From positions 1-43,185 of the IMG/VR virus record IMGVR_UViG_3300037608_000090: DNA of 43,185 bases; one strand, written 5' to 3'. The stretch comes from a virus (taxonomy: Duplodnaviria > Caudoviricetes). Of this stretch, positions 34,851 to 43,185 are shown piece after piece; position 1 is the stretch's first letter; the number at the start of each line of letters is the position of its first letter. The translations under genes and the position numbers were made by a program. The notes below the pieces were generated by a model, which was not told the DNA's origin, ran no database searches, and worked only from the letters and a program-made list of their open reading frames with translations.

Positions 34851-35317
34851 GGCGTCAGCTTATCCCGCAGCGCCCACAGCACCGCCGCCGCGCTGACCGC
34901 AGCGCCGACCACCGCGCTGATCAGACTGCTGACCAACGGCTTCAGCCACAGGGCGCGGATCTCCTTATGCGCGCGCAGATGGTCGGCAAAAAATTCGCAC
35001 GGCCGCTCCGGCGGGCCGGGCAGCTCATCGAGCCGCTCGTCCAGTTCCTCGACCTGCTCGCCGACCCGGTCCAGGCTCGCCGCGTCGGGCATCACCTCGA
35101 CCCGCTTGCCGATGGTGACGATCCGCTCATTGAGCAGCGTCAGCGTCACATTCAGGTTGGCGATGTTCTGGTGGGCCGCCGTCACCAGGTCGAACATCTT
35201 TTCCCGCAGCAGGGTCATATCCTTCTCAAACCCGTCGATCCGGGCGTGCACCCGGGCCAAGTCGTCTCGTGTCACGCCGCTCACAGGCTCGCCCCTTTCT
35301 GTGTCCTGCCCGCCCAT
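34847..35317 (-). CDS. coiled-coil protein with a C-terminal TM helix (holin/spanin-like candidate)
   Basis: The true start is probably ATG 35317 or GTG 35284, not 35902. TRDDLARVHARID coiled coil; C-terminal LVSSLISAVVGAAVSAAAVLWAL. Confidence 0.55.
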   Translation of the reverse strand: MGGQDTERGEPVSGVTRDDLARVHARIDGFEKDMTLLREKMFDLVTAAHQNIANLNVTLTLLNERIVTIGKRVEVMPDAASLDRVGEQVEELDERLDELPGPPERPCEFFADHLRAHKEIRALWLKPLVSSLISAVVGAAVSAAAVLWALRDKLTP

Positions 35318-36765
35318 TACAGTTCCACCGCCGTCAGCGTCCGCACATGCCCGGACGCCCCCAGTTGATTGATCGTACCCGACTGCGCCATCCACTGCAC
35401 CTTGAACGTATGCGACCCGGCCGACAGCCCCGTCACCAGCGTCTGCATCGCCAGCGGCAGCACCAGCGTCCCCCCGGTCCCCGAGGACGGGGTCCCGACC
35501 GCCGCCGGCATCAGGTGCACCGGCGTCGCGTCCGCCAGAAACCGAAGCCGCACATCCCCCCCGGCGGGCACCTGAAACGCCGCGCTGAACAGCAGCAGCA
35601 CCGCCCGCCCGCGTGTCGTCAGCGTCACCGACATGTTGGCCAGATCGGTCCACTGGTTGCTGCTGATCGCCTGATTCGACGTGCCGTTGGCCGCCTGCTC
35701 CCCGGCCGGCAGTTGATCGACCCGCAGGGCGTCCGAGCTGCTCGTGCCCGCCTGCAGGCCCGTCACCTTGCCCGAGCCGCCCAGGGCGACCGACCCGGCG
35801 ACGTTGACCCCCGCCGACGCCGTCAGCACGCCCTGCACCTGGGCGCTGCCGGCCAGCGTCACCGCCCCCGTGCTCCGTGCGATCGTCGCCGCCGCCGTCC
35901 ATGTCCCCGGGCTGCCCGACGCGGTCTTGCGCAGGATCGTCAGCGTGTCGTTATCCATCTGGATCCGCACCCGCCCCGCCGGGTCCGCCTGGTCGGATTC
36001 CTGAAACTCCAGCGTCGTCACCGGTGACGGCCCGATGATCAGGTTGCCGTTATAGACCGACACCAGCACGATCCAACTGGCCTGCACCGTCTCGCCGTAC
36101 CCGTGGACATAGTAGGCCATCCGCATCCGGCCGCCCCCGGTATCCAGGGCGCTGCGGCCGCTGTCAGACAGGTCCAGCGGCGTAATGCCGTCGGGCCGCG
36201 TCGTCGGCCAGGCCGCCGAATAATCGCCGACATAACAGATCGCCGAGCCGCTCATCAGGGCCTCCCCGGCCGCCGTCAGCTTCGTGATGATCTGCCCGTC
36301 GGCGTCGAAGGCAAAGTATTTATTCGCCCGCACCACCGCCGGCGGCAGTTCGCCCAGCGCCTCGTCCGTCACCGACACCCGCAAGGCGCGCCCCAGCGTC
36401 TCGGCCAACTGCTGGATCATCATCGTCATCCGGTCCATCGCCGCCTCGTGCGCGGCGGCGCTGAAGGTCTCCGTGCTCCGGTAGTCCGTCTCCTGCAACA
36501 TCCCCACCCGCCGCAGGATCGTCAGCGTATGCGTCGCCGGCCAGACCTCCGCCGTCGTCACCGTCCCGCCGCCGGAATATTCCGCGTTGACGCCGCGCAC
36601 GGTAAACCCCTCGTTCAGCGTCAGCGGCGTCTGCTCGCCGTTCAGCGCGTTTTCCGCCACGACGACAAGGTCCGTCGGCGCAAAGATCTTAAACCCGAAC
36701 TCGAACGCCCGCCGCGTCCCGTCGCAGGCATACGTGACTTTATTGTCGTGGGTGGCTACCGTCAT
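35317..36765 (-). CDS. tail fibre protein (T7 gp17-like N-terminal anchor), ~482 aa
   Basis: MTVATHDNKVTYACDGTRRAFEFGFKIF...LTILRR...QETDY...HEAAMDRMTMMIQQL; ATGA overlap with the giant gene stop; beta-rich C-terminal domain. Confidence 0.85.
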   Translation of the reverse strand: MTVATHDNKVTYACDGTRRAFEFGFKIFAPTDLVVVAENALNGEQTPLTLNEGFTVRGVNAEYSGGGTVTTAEVWPATHTLTILRRVGMLQETDYRSTETFSAAAHEAAMDRMTMMIQQLAETLGRALRVSVTDEALGELPPAVVRANKYFAFDADGQIITKLTAAGEALMSGSAICYVGDYSAAWPTTRPDGITPLDLSDSGRSALDTGGGRMRMAYYVHGYGETVQASWIVLVSVYNGNLIIGPSPVTTLEFQESDQADPAGRVRIQMDNDTLTILRKTASGSPGTWTAAATIARSTGAVTLAGSAQVQGVLTASAGVNVAGSVALGGSGKVTGLQAGTSSSDALRVDQLPAGEQAANGTSNQAISSNQWTDLANMSVTLTTRGRAVLLLFSAAFQVPAGGDVRLRFLADATPVHLMPAAVGTPSSGTGGTLVLPLAMQTLVTGLSAGSHTFKVQWMAQSGTINQLGASGHVRTLTAVEL

Positions 36766-39700
36766 CGTCTGATTCCTTTCTTCGTTTTCGTTTTCGTCGG
36801 CGGCCCGCCGACCAGTTCCCGGACATCTCCATGTTCTATCGCCTCGATCACCCGCTTGGGCCCGATATACGGCACGCCCGCCGCAATCGCCGCCGCCTCC
36901 AGCACCGCCTCCATATCGCGGCGGCCCGCCTTGCCCTCCAGCGTCCGCGTCGCCGCCGCCGACAGATTCTGCGCCAGTTCCAGCGGCACAATCGCCCCGC
37001 CCCCGAATCCGCGTTTGCCCGCCAGGAGCGCCGAGCCGAACACCGGGATCATCCCCAAAAACTGATCGCCCGCCGCATCGGCCAGGTCTTTCGGTTCCTC
37101 CGGCATCCGCCGGTTGCTGAGTGCCCACATCATCAGCGCCGCCAGCGACATCCCCGCCATCGACAGCGCCGCCCGCTGATACTGCCCGTTGGCCCACGCC
37201 CGCGGGATGTCGTAGGTTGTGATGTTGTAGATCTGTGAGAGTTGATTGCTGAACATCAAAAACCAGTTGAACGCCTCGCTGTTGGTATAGATCGCCGCCA
37301 AATCCTTGGCCGACGCCGCCGGCTGCGTCCGCAGCGTGGCGTTCTGGGCCAGCCGCACGGCCTCGTCCTGGCTCTTCCCCTCCGCCAGGGCCTGCTCATA
37401 CACCGCGTTCCAGCCGATGGTGCGGGCGACGCTGTCCATCCAGTAGATGCCCGCCATCCCCGCCTCCCCGAGCTTGCGCACCAGGCTCTGATGCAGGCTG
37501 TGATCGGCCCGCAGTTCCTCCATCACCCGCTCCAGTGCCGTATGCGCCACCTGCGGATCGAGGGCCTTGACCTTCTCGATCAACGCCCTCGGCGACTGGG
37601 CAAACTGCGCCGCCGACGCCAGCAGCCGTCCCGGCCCGACATCGCCGAGATAATACAGCAGCGACGGCAACTGCTTGCCCATCGTCACAAGGTTGAACGC
37701 CAGGTAGGCCATCGCCGTATGCCGCCGCAGCGTCCGGCTGATCCGCTCTGCGGCCCCGTAGGCCTTGTAAATATGCGGGTTGGCCACCCGGCTGACATAA
37801 TCGCGGAGGGCCTTATAAATATCCTCCCCAGCCTCCTGCTTGACCGCGTTGCGAAAGGCCTCATGGCTGACCACCGCGTGCAGGTCCTTGGTCACCGCCG
37901 CAAAATGGATGAACTGCTCCTGCCGCTCCACCTGCTCGGCCCACAGCCCCCACAGGTCCAGCCGGATGGGTTTTTGATATTCGTCCGGAATATCCTGCCG
38001 CTGGATCGTCATCCCCTTTTCGGCATACGCTTTTTTGTAGTGCGCACGCTCGATCAATTCGTTGAGGATCTGCCGCGCATCCGGCGTATAGTCCAGCTCC
38101 TGCCGCCGCATGGGCAGGTAGTTGTCTTCCTTGAGCAGCCGCCGCTGCTCGACCTCGATGAAGGCGTTCTCCAGCCGTCCGAAATGCTGGTCATATTCGC
38201 CGATCATCCATCGCACCAGCTCGGCCAGCCGCGGATCTTCGGTCTCGACATGGTGCCGGATAGCCTCAAGCACCCGCCCGCTGATGCGGTTGCCGAACGT
38301 GATCGCCAGGGCGCTCTTGTCGTTCAGCGAGTACCCATAAATCCCCATCATCTCCTGCACCTGATACTCCACCCCGTCGATGACCCGCTTATCGGTCAGG
38401 TCCTTGACCGTCAGCCCCAGCTCGGCCAGCTTGGCCTCGCCGGCCGCCAGCCGCGCATCGACCTGCCGCAGCTTGGCGTCCATCGCCCGATTGACCTCGT
38501 CAATAAAGGCCGTGTGCGCCGCCCCGTCGAACGTCCCGTTCCCCCCGTCCAGCAGGTCCATGATACGGCTGGGCCTCAGCGCCGCCGCCCGCGCCGCCGC
38601 GGCGGCCGTTTTCAAGAACGGTTTTTTCGACGTCGCCGCCACCACCGGCCCGGCCTCCGGCGCGATCCCCTTGCCCCCGGTCAGCGTGTCGAGCACCGCG
38701 GCGGCAACCTCTTTGATCCGTCGCGCCCGCTGCTCGGCCCGCAGTTCCTTTTTCAGCTTGCCCAGTTTCTTAAGCCGCGTGATCTCGGCCGCCAGGGCGT
38801 CGATCTCCGCGATCGTCATCTCGTTGAGGGCGCGTTTCTCGATCGCCTCCCGCACCTTCCGCGGCAGATCAATCTCTTGATTTTCTACTAACGCCCGCAG
38901 CCGCGCCCGGTCGGCCAGTGTCTTGTTCGTCCGAAACGACGGGTCCACCCCCGCCTGAAGGGCGGCAATCGCCTCCCGGTAGATCAAATCCGCCGTCGCA
39001 GGGGCCGGCCGGGCGATCAGCCGCGCCTGCGCCTTGATATGCTCGCGCAGCTCTTTTCGCGCCCGCGCCTTGGCCAGCACGTCCTTGAGCCGCGCAGTGG
39101 CCGCCGCAATGCCTTTTTTCTGGCCGGCGATCATCGCCGCCTTCAGTTCCCGCCGCACCGCCGCCACCAGCCGCCCGTCGGTGATCCCGTGTTCCAGCAG
39201 TTGGCTGATCGTCAGGCTCCGTTCGGCCGCCAGCACCGCCGCGTCCGTCTGCCCGGCCGCCCGCTCCAGCTCGTCCACCTGCCGGCGCTGGGCCTCGGTC
39301 AACTGGTCATCCAGTTCCATCTCCGCCGTCTGGGCCGCCGTGTCCAGCAGCGCCTCGTTGCGGCGGGCCTTGTACTCTTTCCGCAGCCGCTGGTGCATCT
39401 GGTGCGGCGTCTCGCGGGCCGCCAGCCCGTACCGCTGGATCCAGTCGCTGCCGGGAGCCATCAGCTCCTTAGCGAACACCTCCATAAACTGCGTGAAGTT
39501 CAGTTCCCCCGGATGAATCTCCCCGCCGCCGAGCATCGTATCGAACACCTGCCGCACCTCGGGGGCGATGGCAATGTCGATGGCCGAGTCCGTCAACCGC
39601 TCATAGATCTGCCGCAGCCACTGCCGCAACTGGGCAAAGACGCCCTGCAAGTCCTGGTTGGGCGACTGGCCGTCATACAGGTATTTTTCAAACCCGCGGG

Positions 39701-42700
39701 CGAATTTTTCCTCCGCCGACCGCGTCCACTGCCCGTCCTTAACCTGGGCCCACGTCTCGATCGCCGCCAACTGCCCGGCGTTGAGCGTCCGCCGGAACAC
39801 ATGCGCAATCTCGTGCACTAAGCTCGACAGGTCCGCCGACTCGAACGCATGGATCACCGCCCGCCCATCCTCCAGAAACTCCACCGCCGCCTTGCGCTGC
39901 GCCGTCAGTCCCTCCCGTTTGGCCTCCATCTCCGTCAGCAGCATCTCGGCGGCCATCGCCTGCGGGTCCAGCCCCAGTTCGGCGGCCGTCTTTTGCATCT
40001 CCGCGTTGACGGCCTCAATCGTGTCGCCCTGCCGGAGCATCTCGTATTTCCGGGCCAGCACCGCAAACCCCACGTCCCCGCTGGCCTTGGCCTGGGCCAT
40101 CGCCGAGCCGATCAGGCCGACCGACGACCGCACGGCCAGGATCGCCTCATCGAGCATCTGGACAAACACATACGGGTCGCTGATCTCTTCCTGCGTGTAA
40201 TGCGACGTCTCCTTGGCGAACGTATCCCACGGCTGCCCCTCGCCCGGCGTGCTCGAAATGTAATTCCACAAATACCCCTTGCCGCTGATCCCGTCGATAT
40301 ACTGCTTGACATCACCGAGGTTTTTCCCGAAATCCAGCTTTCGCCCCAGCCGCGACACAATCTGCTCAGCCGCCATCCGTGCCGTCTCGGCATAGGCCTG
40401 ATAGACCGGATGCGCTGCAATCTGCGCCGTCAGCGTCTTAAGCAGCCGCCGCCGATGGCTCTCGGACGTGTCCGCCTGAAACAGGTATTGCCCGCCCAGC
40501 ACGCCCTCGACCATCGCATCGGTGATGTCCACCGCCGGGACGGTCTGTGTTTTTGTGTCCCCCGTCGCCAGCGTCGCCGTCGTCAGTGTGCCGCCCCATT
40601 TCTTGACGTATTTTTTGACAAACGCCGGCAGGATATGGTCGTAAAATCCCTTCATCCCTTCCCCCCCGACGGTCAGGTCGCTGCCCGACGCCGTGGCGAT
40701 GGCCTTGCCGGCGGCCAGTTGCGTCATCAGTTTATCGGCGACGGATTTGCCGATCAGCTCCCGCACCTGTTCGGCGGTCTGTTTTTCCTGCCGCACCGCA
40801 GGCGTATTGCCCTTGGCGGCCATCACCGCATAGGTGTCGTCTCCCGTCGCCACCAGGTCGATCCGGTCCACCCGCTGCCGCATCGCGTTGGAGTACCGCT
40901 CCACCTGCACGATCCCCGGCGTCCAGGCCAGCCGGTCAAACCCGTTCTCGGCCGCAAACCGCAGCATCCGCTTGAACGCCAGCTCGTGCCAGTTCTTCTT
41001 GAACGGGGCCTCCGGCACGCCCCCGTCGCCGACCTGTCCGGCATACCCTTTTTCCCGCCCCGCCTGGTGCCAGTCGCTCTGGATCTCCTCAATAAACAAC
41101 ACCCGCTTGCCAGCGGCGTCCGTCCGCTCGTTATACCGCACATGCGCCAGCACATTCGGCTCGGCCCAATGCTTGGACTGATGCGGTATCCGCACCCTCT
41201 CAAATTTTTTCAAAAATCCCTGGATTGCTTTTTGAGCAGGTAGGCCATAACGTTCTTCGATCACCGGACGCATTCCATCCCATTCATGGGAGAGTGCATC
41301 GACCTCAGATTGACTGACGCCGGCAGAAAGCAATCGTTGTTCCAATTCATTTTCAATATCAGTATTATAATTGCTTCCGCCCGGCAGCGTCAGCAGCAGT
41401 TCCCTGTAGTTCTCCCCGCCCGGCAGTTGATAGCCCTCATACTTGCCCGGCTCGGTGTACGCCCGCTCCAGGGCCTCCAGCCGCTGCGTCTGCGTCGCGG
41501 TCAACGCCCCCATCTCGCTGATCTGCCGCAGGTCCGCCAGTTCCCGGCTCTCGGCTTCGCTGGCCGGCACCCGTCCCTTTTCCACCTCCCGGATCTCGAT
41601 CTCGTTTTCGGCCAGCGTCGCGGCGACCTCGTCGGCCGTGACCTTGCCCGTCAGCTCCCGCAGCCCCGACCAGTCGATCTCCTCGTCCTTGACCCCGTTG
41701 TTTTTGAGCATCGACAGCAGGGCCTCCGCCGCCATCGCCCCGCCCATCTTCTGCCCGATCACCTCCCGCAAGCGTGAGACAAACACAGGCCGCTCCGCAT
41801 CCTGATACAGCACATCCGGTTCTTTGCCCTTGACATCCGCTTCGTTTTGTGCTATAGTTTCAGTAGAGCCGCTACCGTTTCGGACGTAAGCCAAAGGACC
41901 TTCGGGGGCATTAGGCGAGCGGCTTTTTTCAATCCAGACTGTCTTTGTCAGTAACCGTTGTTTTTTGTCACTAACGACTTCCACCGCTACCGCGTATCCA
42001 TTAATGCGTTTGCGAAATACCAGTGACCTCTGACCGTTTCCTGCGGTTTGCAAGGCTACAGAATCAAATGACCGCACTGTCAGAGGAAGTACTTTAGACA
42101 ATATTTCTCTTGTAATTGGGGTTTGACCGCGATTAGGCTCATTATCATCACCATGCCGTTTCATTAAGTGGCGTACATCGTCGGTTCCTATCTCCAGCGA
42201 ATACCCGCCCACATCCTGCCCCGTCGCCTCCTGAATCCGCCGGGCCGCCTCCGTCTCGACGGTGCCGAAAGCCGCCGTCGCCTTGAATTCTTTATCCCGC
42301 ATCGCCCGGTCAAACAGGTCCATGATCTGCGGATTGACCGCGTCCCCTTCCTGAAACAGCGTCCCCTGCGTCACCCCGGCCTCTGCGGCGTCGTGTTTCT
42401 CCACCCCGGCCACATATTTCGTCAGCCACTCGTCGCTGGTCATTCCCATCGCCGCCGCCCGCGCATCGGCCAGCGCCACAAACACCGCCGCCTGCCGGTC
42501 GCTGATCCCGACGGTCTTTTTCACCTGCTCGCGAAACCGCGCCGTCACCGGCCCGGCCGCCCGCTCATACCGCCCGGCCCGGATCTCGCTTTTTTGCCCG
42601 GTCAGGACCTCCATCACCTCGGCCTTATCCGCCGCCGTCATCGACGGGCTGTCCTGCACCCACGCCGCCAGCCGCTCGACCCGCCGCATCCGTTCGGCGT

Positions 42701-43185
42701 CCGTCATCGTCCCGGCGATCCCCGCCGTCCGGCCCGCCGCCCAAAAGGCCCCGCCCATCACCGGCTCAAGGATCCCCCCGACCGCCCCGGCCTCCAGCGC
42801 CCCGTCCATCACCCGCGCGCCGAAATCCTCCGCCAGCGGCCGCGGGTCAAACACCATGCTCCAGAAGTTACTCTGGATCTGCTGGGCACTCTCTTCGGCA
42901 AACCCCCGGATATAGGCGTCCTTGCCCGCCCCGAAGAGCTGCTTGGCTCCCAGCCCCACCTCGGCGGCCGCCTTGGCCAGTCCCTTTTTGGCCGCCATCC
43001 CCTGCGCCGTCTTGAAGATGCCCACCTTGCGGCTGAACGTCGCCTCTTCGATGATCCCTTCCCCCAGCGATTGCAGCGTCGCCTGCGCCAGCGCGATACC
43101 CGGCTCGCGCCCGTCCTGACGGGCCGTGTGGTAGTTTTCGCCAAACAGTTGCGAGGCCATCCCCCCGACCCGCCCGGCGTACGGC
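36762..43185 (-). CDS. giant internal virion / large polyvalent protein (C-terminal part; full length ~2,530 aa across the join)
   Basis: Contains a BECR/PBECR-like segment (DDVRHLMKRHG...LVFRKRING...TKTVW), an EEIQSDW domain, a HExxH metallopeptidase motif (LVHEIAH...EEKFARGFEKY) and a helical C-terminus typical of podophage ejection proteins. Confidence 0.85.
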   Translation of the reverse strand, partial: PYAGRVGGMASQLFGENYHTARQDGREPGIALAQATLQSLGEGIIEEATFSRKVGIFKTAQGMAAKKGLAKAAAEVGLGAKQLFGAGKDAYIRGFAEESAQQIQSNFWSMVFDPRPLAEDFGARVMDGALEAGAVGGILEPVMGGAFWAAGRTAGIAGTMTDAERMRRVERLAAWVQDSPSMTAADKAEVMEVLTGQKSEIRAGRYERAAGPVTARFREQVKKTVGISDRQAAVFVALADARAAAMGMTSDEWLTKYVAGVEKHDAAEAGVTQGTLFQEGDAVNPQIMDLFDRAMRDKEFKATAAFGTVETEAARRIQEATGQDVGGYSLEIGTDDVRHLMKRHGDDNEPNRGQTPITREILSKVLPLTVRSFDSVALQTAGNGQRSLVFRKRINGYAVAVEVVSDKKQRLLTKTVWIEKSRSPNAPEGPLAYVRNGSGSTETIAQNEADVKGKEPDVLYQDAERPVFVSRLREVIGQKMGGAMAAEALLSMLKNNGVKDEEIDWSGLRELTGKVTADEVAATLAENEIEIREVEKGRVPASEAESRELADLRQISEMGALTATQTQRLEALERAYTEPGKYEGYQLPGGENYRELLLTLPGGSNYNTDIENELEQRLLSAGVSQSEVDALSHEWDGMRPVIEERYGLPAQKAIQGFLKKFERVRIPHQSKHWAEPNVLAHVRYNERTDAAGKRVLFIEEIQSDWHQAGREKGYAGQVGDGGVPEAPFKKNWHELAFKRMLRFAAENGFDRLAWTPGIVQVERYSNAMRQRVDRIDLVATGDDTYAVMAAKGNTPAVRQEKQTAEQVRELIGKSVADKLMTQLAAGKAIATASGSDLTVGGEGMKGFYDHILPAFVKKYVKKWGGTLTTATLATGDTKTQTVPAVDITDAMVEGVLGGQYLFQADTSESHRRRLLKTLTAQIAAHPVYQAYAETARMAAEQIVSRLGRKLDFGKNLGDVKQYIDGISGKGYLWNYISSTPGEGQPWDTFAKETSHYTQEEISDPYVFVQMLDEAILAVRSSVGLIGSAMAQAKASGDVGFAVLARKYEMLRQGDTIEAVNAEMQKTAAELGLDPQAMAAEMLLTEMEAKREGLTAQRKAAVEFLEDGRAVIHAFESADLSSLVHEIAHVFRRTLNAGQLAAIETWAQVKDGQWTRSAEEKFARGFEKYLYDGQSPNQDLQGVFAQLRQWLRQIYERLTDSAIDIAIAPEVRQVFDTMLGGGEIHPGELNFTQFMEVFAKELMAPGSDWIQRYGLAARETPHQMHQRLRKEYKARRNEALLDTAAQTAEMELDDQLTEAQRRQVDELERAAGQTDAAVLAAERSLTISQLLEHGITDGRLVAAVRRELKAAMIAGQKKGIAAATARLKDVLAKARARKELREHIKAQARLIARPAPATADLIYREAIAALQAGVDPSFRTNKTLADRARLRALVENQEIDLPRKVREAIEKRALNEMTIAEIDALAAEITRLKKLGKLKKELRAEQRARRIKEVAAAVLDTLTGGKGIAPEAGPVVAATSKKPFLKTAAAAARAAALRPSRIMDLLDGGNGTFDGAAHTAFIDEVNRAMDAKLRQVDARLAAGEAKLAELGLTVKDLTDKRVIDGVEYQVQEMMGIYGYSLNDKSALAITFGNRISGRVLEAIRHHVETEDPRLAELVRWMIGEYDQHFGRLENAFIEVEQRRLLKEDNYLPMRRQELDYTPDARQILNELIERAHYKKAYAEKGMTIQRQDIPDEYQKPIRLDLWGLWAEQVERQEQFIHFAAVTKDLHAVVSHEAFRNAVKQEAGEDIYKALRDYVSRVANPHIYKAYGAAERISRTLRRHTAMAYLAFNLVTMGKQLPSLLYYLGDVGPGRLLASAAQFAQSPRALIEKVKALDPQVAHTALERVMEELRADHSLHQSLVRKLGEAGMAGIYWMDSVARTIGWNAVYEQALAEGKSQDEAVRLAQNATLRTQPAASAKDLAAIYTNSEAFNWFLMFSNQLSQIYNITTYDIPRAWANGQYQRAALSMAGMSLAALMMWALSNRRMPEEPKDLADAAGDQFLGMIPVFGSALLAGKRGFGGGAIVPLELAQNLSAAATRTLEGKAGRRDMEAVLEAAAIAAGVPYIGPKRVIEAIEHGDVRELVGGPPTKTKTKKGIRR
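43059..43185. repeat. 127-bp terminal direct repeat, copy 2
   Basis: Identical to 1-127. Confidence 0.95.

Noticed and set aside
35317-36765. Diversity-generating retroelement, as in BPP-1
   Set aside because: Despite the BPP-1-like head module, no reverse transcriptase and no template/variable repeat pair was seen.
35317-37197. ORF-track starts at 37197, 35902, 3767 and 22522
   Set aside because: These extensions overlap real upstream genes; better starts with an RBS or stop-start coupling are 36765, 35317/35284, 3683 and 22393.

Overview
The window is a complete circular temperate phage genome of about 43,058 bp. Bases 1-127 are repeated exactly at 43059-43185, most likely an assembler k-mer overlap, and the join falls inside a giant gene. 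It is GC-rich and almost all genes lie on the minus strand. The structural module is podovirus-like (BPP-1/T7-type order): terminase, portal, scaffold, capsid, cement protein, tail adaptor, beta-helix tailspike, nozzle, GNAT, internal virion proteins, a ~2,530-aa polyvalent protein and a tail fibre. The early and replication region encodes a DUF1376 initiator, C5 DNA methyltransferase, MazG-like protein, dNMP kinase and tRNA-Met. A divergent ribbon-helix-helix switch, low-GC membrane-protein morons, a tRNA-Arg(TCT)-derived attP and a tyrosine integrase support a temperate lifestyle. The most striking feature is at 22.4-23.7 kb. A stand-alone 187-aa RAMP/Cas7-like gene is flanked on both sides by non-coding arrays of strictly phased 5-nt units (constant GAC plus variable NN on the sense strand) that end in the same 26-nt tail. 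A wHTH-like gene and a second, catalytic-domain-only tyrosine recombinase follow it. This looks like a CRISPR-independent RNA-guided module. All protein family calls come from motifs recognised by eye; no searches were run.
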